Shown here piece after piece: positions 17,073-25,214 of a DNA stretch of 29,438 nt. The notes below the pieces were generated by a model. It was not told the DNA's origin. It did not search any database and was given only the letters and a program-made list of their open reading frames with translations. The DNA comes from a virus (taxonomy: Duplodnaviria > Caudoviricetes): IMG/VR virus record IMGVR_UViG_3300032218_002577, positions 1 to 29,438 of that record, one strand, 5' to 3'. How positions within the stretch are numbered: position 1 is the first letter of the stretch; the number at the start of each line of letters is the position of its first letter. Position numbers and translations under genes: made by a program.

Positions 17073-17112
17073 TTTGCCGAACCACTTCGGGGCGGCGTAA
17101 TGGAGGTTAACT

Positions 17113-17187
17113 ATGATCGAGGTCCTACTATGGTTTTTCGTGCTGGTTGTCTTTGTTTGTGTTGTTGCGTTTATGTTTGCATCGTAG
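17113..17187 (+). CDS. 24-aa single-TM peptide (not in ORF track)
   Basis: GGAGG RBS; MIEVLLWFFVLVVFVCVVAFMFAS. Confidence 0.55.
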   Translation: MIEVLLWFFVLVVFVCVVAFMFAS

Positions 17188-17244
17188 GTTGCAAGTCGCA
17201 GCCTGTGCGGTACGAGATTATTCAAGTTTACTAGGAGTTTTACA

Positions 17245-17760
17245 ATGACGGAAAAGATCGAAGCGTTTTGGGTTAATGCAACTGCTGATGATGTTGTTAG
17301 GGTGATGAAGGGCGAGACGGTTGAGGCTAGGTTTCGGGATGTAGCCGATCAAGCCTGGGGCGATTGCTTCACGCTAATCGGATGGGTTAACGAGCAACGG
17401 CATCAATGGAGGTCGGCTGAGGCAGGCGGAAGGTGGAATCTTTGCCAAGTCTACCGCGAACCCTCCTGGTACTCCAACAAGCCCGTTCCGGGGCCTGGTT
17501 ACAGGTTGCTGGAGAAGTTTCCCGATGAGCCAGTCATGGGCGGTGATTTTGCTTGCAACTCCGATAAGACGTGGACGGAGCTATGTCCCGAGTGCAATCC
17601 TACGCAGCGTGCGAGAATTTGGTATCGCCGACGCATCGAGCCGGTGGAGACAAGCCCCCAATTTGACAGGCGTGTGTCTCTCCAAGTCGGAGATCGCGTC
17701 CGGCATCCAAGCGGCTTCCTTGTTGTAGTCACAAAGAAAGGATTTGAGGTATCGCAATGA
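17245..17760 (+). CDS. Hypothetical protein
   Basis: AGGAG RBS; 171 aa, Trp-rich; PGPGYRLL...WYRRRI. Confidence 0.7.
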   Translation: MTEKIEAFWVNATADDVVRVMKGETVEARFRDVADQAWGDCFTLIGWVNEQRHQWRSAEAGGRWNLCQVYREPSWYSNKPVPGPGYRLLEKFPDEPVMGGDFACNSDKTWTELCPECNPTQRARIWYRRRIEPVETSPQFDRRVSLQVGDRVRHPSGFLVVVTKKGFEVSQ

Positions 17761-17990
17761 TCGACTTTGCATCAATCACCAAGACCATCGACGGATACGA
17801 CTGCCACTACTTTGGCCAGCGTAATGTTTTTGAATGGCGAGTCCACTGCATGGCGGTTTGGAGTCCTGATTTGGGCTCACATGAAAGGTGGTATGACGAT
17901 CAGGGGCAAAGGCTTACGTTTGTCGGCGGGAGGGTTGTAAGGTCAGCAAACAAAAAATTTAGGATTGTGGAGGCGGGAAATGCCAAATGA
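17757..17990 (+). CDS. Hypothetical protein
   Basis: GAGG RBS; ATGA overlap. Confidence 0.65.
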   Translation: MIDFASITKTIDGYDCHYFGQRNVFEWRVHCMAVWSPDLGSHERWYDDQGQRLTFVGGRVVRSANKKFRIVEAGNAK

Positions 17991-18231
17991 CGACGATGAA
18001 ATTCAAGTCTGGCGCGTTAGCCCAGACGAGGATGGCAAAAATAATCGAATCGTTTTCGACGACTCAGACGAAGCGATTCAGTACGCTCACGAGGTTCTAG
18101 ACGCCTTGTGGAACCGGCTAGGATCTGAAGACGATGAGGACTGCGAAATTCTTACCATCGAGCAAACGAGAATGACGAGGGGCGAATGGCGGGCGATTCA
18201 AAAAAAGAGCGAGGAGAACGATGATGAATAA
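17980..18231 (+). CDS. Small highly acidic protein
   Basis: GGAGG RBS; D/E-rich. Confidence 0.65.
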   Translation: MPNDDDEIQVWRVSPDEDGKNNRIVFDDSDEAIQYAHEVLDALWNRLGSEDDEDCEILTIEQTRMTRGEWRAIQKKSEENDDE

Positions 18232-18580
18232 ATGGGAAAAAGGCCAAGTCAAACTGGCCAATGGAGAAGATGCGTTTATTGACGCGATCAACGAGGGGCA
18301 GGAGGACTGTCGGTACACCGGGCGGGCTCGTAATCACGCAGGAGACTGGATATCGGCTGGATGGCACGCCAACGGGCGGTACATGTTTGCGCACACGGAT
18401 CACGGATGCAACCTATCCCCACCGCAGAAGAAAACGTTGCGGGTGAAAAGGTGCCTAGTAATTCGCCAGAACGGATTGATAAGCACTTACGCCGATAGGC
18501 AAAAGGCAATAGCGGTAGAAGAAAACATTTTCGCCGTCATCGAAATCAATCGCGAAGTCACAGAAGGGGAGGGGCTATAA
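18221..18580 (+). CDS. Hypothetical protein
   Basis: GAGGAG RBS; W..NGRY motif; ends EVTEGEGL. Confidence 0.7.
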   Translation: MMNKWEKGQVKLANGEDAFIDAINEGQEDCRYTGRARNHAGDWISAGWHANGRYMFAHTDHGCNLSPPQKKTLRVKRCLVIRQNGLISTYADRQKAIAVEENIFAVIEINREVTEGEGL

Positions 18581-18957
18581 TGATCTACATTTACAAAGCC
18601 GAGTTGGTTCGCGTCGTCGATGGCGATACGGTCGACCTAGTTATCGACCTGGGATTCGACACATCGCGCAAAGAGCGTTTTCGGCTCTACGGCATCGATG
18701 CACCTGAAATGAATACCGCTGAGGGCAAGGTAGCCAAGGCGTGGCTTGAGGATGCCCTGATGCCCCTTGAGGCGATCTACGTTGAGACGATCCAGCTAGA
18801 GACCAAGGCCAAGCGTGATAAGTACGGGCGTTTCCTGGCGGTGCTTTACGGCAACATCGGAGACCTTCGGGCAAACCTACCGCCGAATCCTCTTGCTCTC
18901 GAATCGATCAATGCCCAATTGATCGAAGCAGGCCACGCCAAGGAAAGGTACTGGTAA
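18580..18957 (+). CDS. Thermonuclease (staphylococcal nuclease-like)
   Basis: RVVDGDTVD, RLYGIDAPE, DKYGRFLA, INAQLIEAGHA. Confidence 0.92.
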   Translation: MIYIYKAELVRVVDGDTVDLVIDLGFDTSRKERFRLYGIDAPEMNTAEGKVAKAWLEDALMPLEAIYVETIQLETKAKRDKYGRFLAVLYGNIGDLRANLPPNPLALESINAQLIEAGHAKERYW

Positions 18958-19115
18958 TGAACCCCTATGACCCCCACAACGCCGACGAAAGCCAACTCGA
19001 CCGGATCGAGCGTAAACTGGATAACCTCGAAGGATCATTCCTGTTGACAATCCTACTTGGGGCGGCGTTCACGGCGATAATCTTTGTGTTTTTTGAAACG
19101 GTTCTGCCTAGGTGA
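18957..19115 (+). CDS. 52-aa membrane protein (not in ORF track)
   Basis: MNPYDPHNADESQLDRIERKLDNLEGSFLLTILLGAAFTAIIFVFFETVLPR; TAATG coupling. Confidence 0.55.
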   Translation: MNPYDPHNADESQLDRIERKLDNLEGSFLLTILLGAAFTAIIFVFFETVLPR

Positions 19116-19147
19116 TGTTTTAAGTTTTAATTTTTTTGAGGTTAATC

Positions 19148-21685
19148 ATGAAGTACGATGAGTTTATTCGGTCAAAAATGCCGGTGGTTCAAGACGATGG
19201 GTTTGTCCCTGAGTCCCCCTGTCCCGATTGGTTTAAGCCTCACCAGGTGGTTTGCGTCGATTGGGCGATCAGAAAAGGAAGGGCAGCATTGTTTGAGGCT
19301 TTCGGGCTTGGTAAGACGGTCCAACAGTTGCAGCTAGGGAAATGGATACACGAAAAGACGGGCGGCAAAGTCCTTTTTGTTGCCCCCTTAGGAGTGCGTC
19401 AAGAATTTACCCGCAACGATGGACCAAAGATGGGAATGGAGGTTGTTTATTGCCGGACCGATGCGGAGGTTGATGCTTGCGATTCGCCCTACGTTATCAC
19501 TAACTACGAGCGGGTTCGAGACGGCAATATAGACCCGGCAAAGTTTGAGGGTGCGATGCTCGACGAAGCTAGTTGCTTGCGATCTTACGGGACTAAAACT
19601 ACGCAGCAATTCGCTATGCTATTCAAGCAGATCCCCTATCGGTTTGTTGCAACGGCAACGCCATCGCCTAACGACTTCATCGAGCTTATCAACTACGCCG
19701 ATTTTCTTGGCGTAATGGATCGAGGGCAGGCGATGACTCGATTTTTTCAGCGCGACAGCAAGAAGGCCGGGAACCTTCAGCTGTATCCTCACGAGGTCCA
19801 TCGGTTCTGGTTGTGGGTTGCATCCTGGGCGGCGTTTGTAAACTCTCCGGGGGACCTAGGATTTGACGACGAAGGATACTCGATGCCAGAGTTAAACGTA
19901 CACTGGCACGAGGTCAAAGGCGATCAGGGCCAGCCTGGGGACTACGTCGATAGCAGAGGTAACGCGATGCTATTCCAGCTACCCGGAGGCGGAATCAAGC
20001 ACGTTGCTAAGCAGCGACGGAAAACGAAGGATACTCGCATTGATAAAATGGTCGAGATCGTCCAGCAAGATCCGGATGAGCATTGGCTTGTTTGGCATTA
20101 CCTGGAATCCGAACGCGAAGCGATCCAGAGGGCCATACCGCACAGCAAAGCGGTTTACGGCTCGCAAGAGCTTGACGAGCGGGAACAGATCGTAGGCGAC
20201 TTTGCCGATGGTCGGTTGCAGATCCTAAGCAGCAAGCCTGAGCTGCTTGGTAGCGGTTGCAACTTTCAGAGGCATTGCAATCGAGCAATCTTTATAGGGC
20301 CAACTGACAAGTTCAATGACTTCATTCAGGCGGTGCATAGAATACAGCGATTCATGCAAACCAAAACGGTTGAGGTGCACATCATTTTTGCGGACACGCA
20401 ATTTGATACTGTGATGACTATGCGGAAAAAATGGGAACGCCACAACGAGCTTTCGCAACGTATGCGAGAGATCATCCGAGAGAATGGTTTAACTGGAGAT
20501 CGATTAAAAATGAAATTCCAACGTGGTTTAGGTGTGCCAAGGGTCGAGGTTAGCGGAGATCTTTACAGAGCGATCAATAACGATTGCGTAGCAGAGCTGA
20601 AAGAATGGCCGGATCAGTGCGTAGATGAGATCGTCACCTCGATTCCGTTTAGCGATCACTACGAATACAGCCCGAACCTTAACGACTTTGGCCACAATCA
20701 GGGCGACGATGGATTCTTCGCCCAGTTCGATTTCTTGGTTCCTGAGTTGTGGAGGGTACTCAAAGACGGTCGAGTTGCTTGCATCCATACCAAGGATCGG
20801 ATTCAATACGGCACGATGACGGGAAATGCGATGTACTCAGTCAATGAGTTTAGCGATAAGACTGTGGCGGCGTTCAAGCGGCATGGGTTTATTTACATGG
20901 GCCGGATCGTTATTGATACAGATGTTGTTCGAGAGAACGCGCAGACGTACCGATTAGGCCACACGGAGAATAGCAAAGACTCAACGAAGATGGGATGCGG
21001 CTCGACCGAGTTTGTTTTGTTGTTTCGCAAGTGGGATGCGTCGATGAGTCCGAACCAAACTGCAAACGGCCCGGACCCGGTGACAAAAGACAAGGCGGAA
21101 TACTCGAGGTCTCGATGGCAGATTCACGCTTGCGGGATTTGGCGATCTAGCGGAAACGAACTTGTCTCGCCTGCGATGCTCGAAAGCTTTACGACATCTG
21201 AGGTGTATCATTGGTGGCGTAAATACGCCAAGGAGAATCGGTACAACTACAGAGACCATGTAGCGTTCACGGAGGCGGTTGAAAAGGTTGGTAGGCTTCC
21301 GGCGTCGATGATGCTTTTCGCTCCGGTGTCTAAAAACAAAGACGTTTGGACGGACATTATCAGAATCAAGACGCTCAACACAGAGTTAAGCCGAAAGACT
21401 TCGGAGAATCACGTATGCCCCCTGCAGCTTGACGTTATCGAGCGATTGGTCGAAAGGTACAGCAATCCCGGCGATGTTGTACTTGACCCGTTTGGGGGTG
21501 TTCACTCAACGCCATATCAGGCAATCAAGATGGGACGCAAAGGATGGGGGATTGAGCTAAATCCAGACTATTGGAAATTCGGTGTAGCGTTTTGCGAAAG
21601 AGCGGAAAGGCAAATGACGGCTCCAACGCTGTTTGACCTGACGGAATTAGATACGGTCGACGCCGACGCGGTAACGATTGAATAA
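19148..21685 (+). CDS. SF2 (SNF2-like) helicase - beta-class N4C/N6A DNA methyltransferase fusion
   Basis: Helicase motifs FGLGKT, LDEAS, ATATP, GCNFQ, QAVHRIQRF; MTase motif IV VTSIPF precedes motif I VLDPFGG, with HVCPLQ and GIELNPDY. Confidence 0.9.
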   Translation: MKYDEFIRSKMPVVQDDGFVPESPCPDWFKPHQVVCVDWAIRKGRAALFEAFGLGKTVQQLQLGKWIHEKTGGKVLFVAPLGVRQEFTRNDGPKMGMEVVYCRTDAEVDACDSPYVITNYERVRDGNIDPAKFEGAMLDEASCLRSYGTKTTQQFAMLFKQIPYRFVATATPSPNDFIELINYADFLGVMDRGQAMTRFFQRDSKKAGNLQLYPHEVHRFWLWVASWAAFVNSPGDLGFDDEGYSMPELNVHWHEVKGDQGQPGDYVDSRGNAMLFQLPGGGIKHVAKQRRKTKDTRIDKMVEIVQQDPDEHWLVWHYLESEREAIQRAIPHSKAVYGSQELDEREQIVGDFADGRLQILSSKPELLGSGCNFQRHCNRAIFIGPTDKFNDFIQAVHRIQRFMQTKTVEVHIIFADTQFDTVMTMRKKWERHNELSQRMREIIRENGLTGDRLKMKFQRGLGVPRVEVSGDLYRAINNDCVAELKEWPDQCVDEIVTSIPFSDHYEYSPNLNDFGHNQGDDGFFAQFDFLVPELWRVLKDGRVACIHTKDRIQYGTMTGNAMYSVNEFSDKTVAAFKRHGFIYMGRIVIDTDVVRENAQTYRLGHTENSKDSTKMGCGSTEFVLLFRKWDASMSPNQTANGPDPVTKDKAEYSRSRWQIHACGIWRSSGNELVSPAMLESFTTSEVYHWWRKYAKENRYNYRDHVAFTEAVEKVGRLPASMMLFAPVSKNKDVWTDIIRIKTLNTELSRKTSENHVCPLQLDVIERLVERYSNPGDVVLDPFGGVHSTPYQAIKMGRKGWGIELNPDYWKFGVAFCERAERQMTAPTLFDLTELDTVDADAVTIE

Positions 21686-21828
21686 AGCCAAACAGGCTGG
21701 TCCACCTCGGCAATGGTGCTTGCTCTCTAAGCATGCATCCAGCCAAACGACTGGTGCGCGGTACGAGCCTGACTAATCATCTAATCGACCGTCGGCAAGC
21801 GGGGACTCTAACCTCCAACCGTTTGCCC

Positions 21829-21863
21829 AGGGCCGTCGGTTCTAACGGGCGGGCGGCTCTTTT
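21829..21863 (+). terminator. Possible terminator/attenuator hairpin upstream of replication module
   Basis: AGGGCCGTC...GGCGGCTCT stem with G-U pairs followed by TTT; large loop. Confidence 0.35.
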
Positions 21864-21899
21864 ACGCTCCGAGTGGGGCGGTTTAACTTAAAAGGAAAT

Positions 21900-22187
21900 A
21901 TGATGGCAGAATCAAAATTTACTAAGGGGCCGTGGAAGGTTTTGCACTATTCCGGTGCATGTCGAGTGAGGACGATAGTTGCTGGATGCAAAGAGCTAGC
22001 CGTTGTCCGCAATGCCCATATGCACCTCGCAGAAGTTGAAGCCAACGCCGAACTTATGGCCGACGCTCCAAGGTTGCTGGAGGTACTCGATACGCTTTAC
22101 GATTGCATCGATCACGAAAAGTTACTCCCTAGTCAATTAGATGATTATCATCGGGCTAGGGAGTTACTGGCAAAACACGGCGGCTAG
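21900..22187 (+). CDS. Hypothetical phage protein
   Basis: AAGGA RBS; SKFTKGPW...EANAELMADAPRLLEVL, a widespread phage motif. Confidence 0.75.
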   Translation: MMAESKFTKGPWKVLHYSGACRVRTIVAGCKELAVVRNAHMHLAEVEANAELMADAPRLLEVLDTLYDCIDHEKLLPSQLDDYHRARELLAKHGG

Positions 22188-22219
22188 ATTGTTCGGTGGT
22201 CTTAACTGAGGGCTGGATT

Positions 22220-23122
22220 ATGGCCGGTGATTGGATCAAGATGAGAACGGATCTCTATCGAGACCCAAAGGTGTCGGTTATGGCCGATTTCCTTATGGAC
22301 GAAAACGGCGATTTGGCGGCGTATGTGGACCAACATTGCCAGCGTAACATGACCGTAACGCGTAACGTAACGCGTAACGCTTGCGTTGGCGCGTTGTTAT
22401 CGGTGTGGGGCGTCATGCGACATCGAGGCGTTCGGATCGACGACGATTTGGTTTGCATGGGTGTTGGTCTTTGGGTGCTCGATGACATCGCCGACATGCC
22501 TGGATTTGGTAACGCGATGAAGTCTACCGGCTGGGTGCAGGAAAACGATCAGGGGTTGATTTTTCCAAGGTTTTTCGACGAATACAACGTCGAGCCGGAC
22601 GGGAAAAACAAGAGCAAGAACGCCGAAAGGCAGGCCCGGTACAGGGAGCGAAAACGAACCCCTACCACCCCTGAAAGTAACGTAACAAGTAACGTAACGC
22701 GTAACGTAACTGTTACTCCTAGAATAGAGGAGAGTAGAGAAGAGGATACTCACACACACACACTCCCGCTCGACGATCCAAATGCATTGATAGGACAAGA
22801 CGTAATCGTTCCAGACCATCTTCGAGAGTGGTTCATCCGATGGCTGGATTGGCGATGGCACGATTCAGGCAAGAAACCCCCCGCAACGCTCCAACAGGTC
22901 TGGGTTCACGATCTACTTACCAGGGGCAAGGAAAAGGCGATCTTAGATCTACGGTTCTCGATCAGGAAGCAAGGCAAGAATCTTTTGGACTCCGGAAACG
23001 ATTTTGAAAAGAACGGCAGCAACAAGACGGGCCAAGCGGCGGTGACCCAAACCGGCAGAAAGCTATCGGCAGCGGAAAAGACGGCTCAACTACTGGAGGA
23101 CGTTAAAAATGGACGTGTCTGA
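22220..23122 (+). CDS. Phage replication initiator / replisome organiser
   Basis: MAGDWIKMRTDL..DPKV N-terminus, NAERQARYRER, internal iteron-like repeats, followed by a loader-like gene. Confidence 0.82.
   Translation: MAGDWIKMRTDLYRDPKVSVMADFLMDENGDLAAYVDQHCQRNMTVTRNVTRNACVGALLSVWGVMRHRGVRIDDDLVCMGVGLWVLDDIADMPGFGNAMKSTGWVQENDQGLIFPRFFDEYNVEPDGKNKSKNAERQARYRERKRTPTTPESNVTSNVTRNVTVTPRIEESREEDTHTHTLPLDDPNALIGQDVIVPDHLREWFIRWLDWRWHDSGKKPPATLQQVWVHDLLTRGKEKAILDLRFSIRKQGKNLLDSGNDFEKNGSNKTGQAAVTQTGRKLSAAEKTAQLLEDVKNGRV
22343..22716. repeat. Two GTAAC iteron-like clusters (22343-22380 and 22677-22716), probable replication origin
   Basis: 5 + 6 GTAAC copies plus one inverted GTTAC; exact 18-mer GTAACGTAACGCGTAACG at 22362 and 22689. 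Confidence 0.7.
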
Positions 23123-23585
23123 AAATCGAGTGTTTTTTCTGGAGGTTGCGTTGGTGCACTTCCCAAGCCTTAATACCTATTTGACCAACTCGACATCCAA
23201 CATGCTTGCAACGCTTGACGCTTGGTCAGTAACGCTCAGGGACATATCGACCGAAGAGGCTATATCGGTTGTCTACCGATGGAGTAGAGACGAATTGCCA
23301 AGGCCATCATTTTACGAGCTAGGCGATTTTGCCCTGCATCTGCGCGGCGTCGTCATGCGAGATCGGGCGGACAGTCGGCAAGCGATCAGCCTTGACACTA
23401 TGAAAGATCGAGAGACGCAAACAGGATCTTACACCCATGTTAGCCTCAAGCCGTTTATGGCTCGAATTTGGGCGTCTGGTGATGCATACCGGGCGGGCAC
23501 TATCACTAGGAATCAACATGACCAAAACACGAAGCAAGTATTGACCGATCACGATGCCGAATATCGAAAGGCGAACTTGCGATGA
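23109..23585 (+). CDS. Putative helicase loader/inhibitor (SPP1 G39P-like)
   Basis: LDAWSVTLRDISTEEAISVVYRW...P pattern; position right after the initiator. Confidence 0.5.
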   Translation: MDVSENRVFFLEVALVHFPSLNTYLTNSTSNMLATLDAWSVTLRDISTEEAISVVYRWSRDELPRPSFYELGDFALHLRGVVMRDRADSRQAISLDTMKDRETQTGSYTHVSLKPFMARIWASGDAYRAGTITRNQHDQNTKQVLTDHDAEYRKANLR

Positions 23586-23731
23586 CAACCGACGAAACCC
23601 GCAAACTCCAAGACAAAGTGTACTGGCTCGAATTGCGGATCAGATTACTACAGGAAAGAAAAAAGGGACTACGGCAATGGATCACGAAACTGACAACAAA
23701 GAACCATCCAGCACGGAGGGCGGCAAAGTGA
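23582..23731 (+). CDS. 49-aa basic coiled-coil protein (not in ORF track)
   Basis: MTTDETRKLQDKVYWLELRIRLLQERKKGLRQWITKL...; ATGA and GTGA overlaps at both ends. Confidence 0.55.
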   Translation: MTTDETRKLQDKVYWLELRIRLLQERKKGLRQWITKLTTKNHPARRAAK

Positions 23732-23949
23732 AATGGAGCGACGAGACCAGAGGCGGATTTTGGGTGCGAGGCGTTGAGCCAATAGACAGGCAGGGCGAAT
23801 ACTGCGATCTTCGCGGGCAAGTAGGCAATCACATCATCTTTCCACCCAGCGATGATCCTACCGACTGGACTTGGGAGACTTGGCGAAGTGATGGGCGGTA
23901 TACAGATAAAGAGAGCATTTTTGATTTAATTGAGGTGCAAGGTGAGTAA
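23728..23949 (+). CDS. Hypothetical protein
   Basis: GTG start after GGAGG; TRGG...WRSDGRY...DLIEV. Confidence 0.65.
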   Translation: MKWSDETRGGFWVRGVEPIDRQGEYCDLRGQVGNHIIFPPSDDPTDWTWETWRSDGRYTDKESIFDLIEVQGE

Positions 23950-24514
23950 GTTCAAAGTTGGCGACAAGGTTTGGGTTTTGTGTGAGGTGGACACGGATCG
24001 TTCCTTTGCATCGTTTCTTGATGTCACATATCAGGGGCTTATTTTCTTGGCAAGAAAGGACGACTGCCGACCTGTCGAACCGGACCAAGACGATCTCCCA
24101 GTCGAATTCAAAGTCGGAGATAAAGTTGTTTCATGGTCTGGGCGTCAAGGTATTGTCGAGGCAATCAACGAGATCGAAGGATTCCCGATCACGGTGAGGC
24201 ATTCGATTCGAGAACAGGTTTCGTACAAGCTCGGCGGCGTCAAGCATGATGATGATCCTGTCGAACCGGCCAGCTGTCCAAAAATCCCGGATAGTGCGAC
24301 CGACTCAATCAATCCTGCCCACTACAAGCATCTCCCCGCAGAGGCGATCGATATAATCATGGCGGCGATAGCCAAGGCTCCCTCAAACGGGTCCGCATTC
24401 CTTCAAGGGCAGGTAATTAAATACTTGCTTCGATGTTGGTCCAAAAAAGGTATCGAGGATCTTCGAAAAGCGAAGTGGTACTTGGATCGATTGATTGAGG
24501 GGGTTAGCAAATGA
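23942..24514 (+). CDS. DUF3310 (SaV-like) protein with two N-terminal FKVGDKV modules
   Basis: INPAHYK...EAIDII...GQVIKYLLR...KKGIEDLRKAKWYLDRLI. Confidence 0.85.
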   Translation: MSKFKVGDKVWVLCEVDTDRSFASFLDVTYQGLIFLARKDDCRPVEPDQDDLPVEFKVGDKVVSWSGRQGIVEAINEIEGFPITVRHSIREQVSYKLGGVKHDDDPVEPASCPKIPDSATDSINPAHYKHLPAEAIDIIMAAIAKAPSNGSAFLQGQVIKYLLRCWSKKGIEDLRKAKWYLDRLIEGVSK

Positions 24515-25017
24515 TTTACTTAGGCATTGACCCAGGGCCGGTCGAAAGTGCGTTTGTTTGGTGGGATTCGGAATCGGAAAAGGTTATCAGGCTTGAATCG
24601 ATTCCGGCGTTTCGGATCTATACATTCACGCTCAAAGGATTGCTTCGCGAAGTCGATCACGTTTCGATAGAATGGATCGAGTGTTTCGGCATGGCAGTCG
24701 GCCAAGAGACGTTTCGGACAGTGGCCGGCATTGGCTGGTTTGCGTCACTCATGGCCTATCACGATAGGCCACTTCGCCTTGTCCCCCGTCGAGCGGTCAA
24801 GATGCAACTATGCAATTCGATGAGGGCCAAGGATGCCAACGTAAGGCAAGCCCTTATCGATCGCTTTGGGCCAGTTGGGACCAAGAAAAAACCGGGCAAG
24901 CTCTACGGCGTAGCCACTCACTTTTGGGCGGCGTTAGGCGTGGCGGTGTACTCGGCGGATGTATTTGACCCCGGGCAATTTTGGATCGAGGATTTAAGAA
25001 ACAAGGCAAGCAAATGA
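24511..25017 (+). CDS. RuvC-like Holliday junction resolvase
   Basis: IYLGIDPG, VSIE, VK..L....AKD..VR, WAALGVA. Confidence 0.75.
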   Translation: MIYLGIDPGPVESAFVWWDSESEKVIRLESIPAFRIYTFTLKGLLREVDHVSIEWIECFGMAVGQETFRTVAGIGWFASLMAYHDRPLRLVPRRAVKMQLCNSMRAKDANVRQALIDRFGPVGTKKKPGKLYGVATHFWAALGVAVYSADVFDPGQFWIEDLRNKASK

Positions 25018-25214
25018 CCAAACGCAAAAACATAATCCAACCTGCCGATGTTTGGGCGGTCTGGTCTAAGATTGCCGAGGCGAAAGGCTGGACGATGGCA
25101 CACTTAATTTTTGAGGCCGTAAACCATCGCCACAGGCTCAACCAAGAGCGACCCGGGCGAGGTCGGCCAAAGTCCAAGCCGGTGGCGCGGAAGCGTAGGA
25201 GGGGCAATAGATGA
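25014..25214 (+). CDS. Putative ribbon-helix-helix DNA-binding protein with RGRP basic tail
   Basis: RKNIIQPADVW..W..IAEAKGWTMAHLI.EA; PGRGRPK; ATGA overlaps. Confidence 0.6.
   Translation: MTKRKNIIQPADVWAVWSKIAEAKGWTMAHLIFEAVNHRHRLNQERPGRGRPKSKPVARKRRRGNR

Noticed and set aside
17207-21767. GCGGTACGAG shared by two intergenic regions
   Set aside because: A 10-mer match is expected by chance many times in 29 kb; only two copies noticed.
22343-22716. CRISPR array or DGR template/variable repeats
   Set aside because: No regular repeat-spacer periodicity, no reverse transcriptase and no adenine-specific mismatched repeat pair seen.
23554-23727. N-terminal part of the 23554..23949 track ORF
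   Set aside because: Better explained by a separate 23582..23731 gene and a GTG start at 23728 with RBS.
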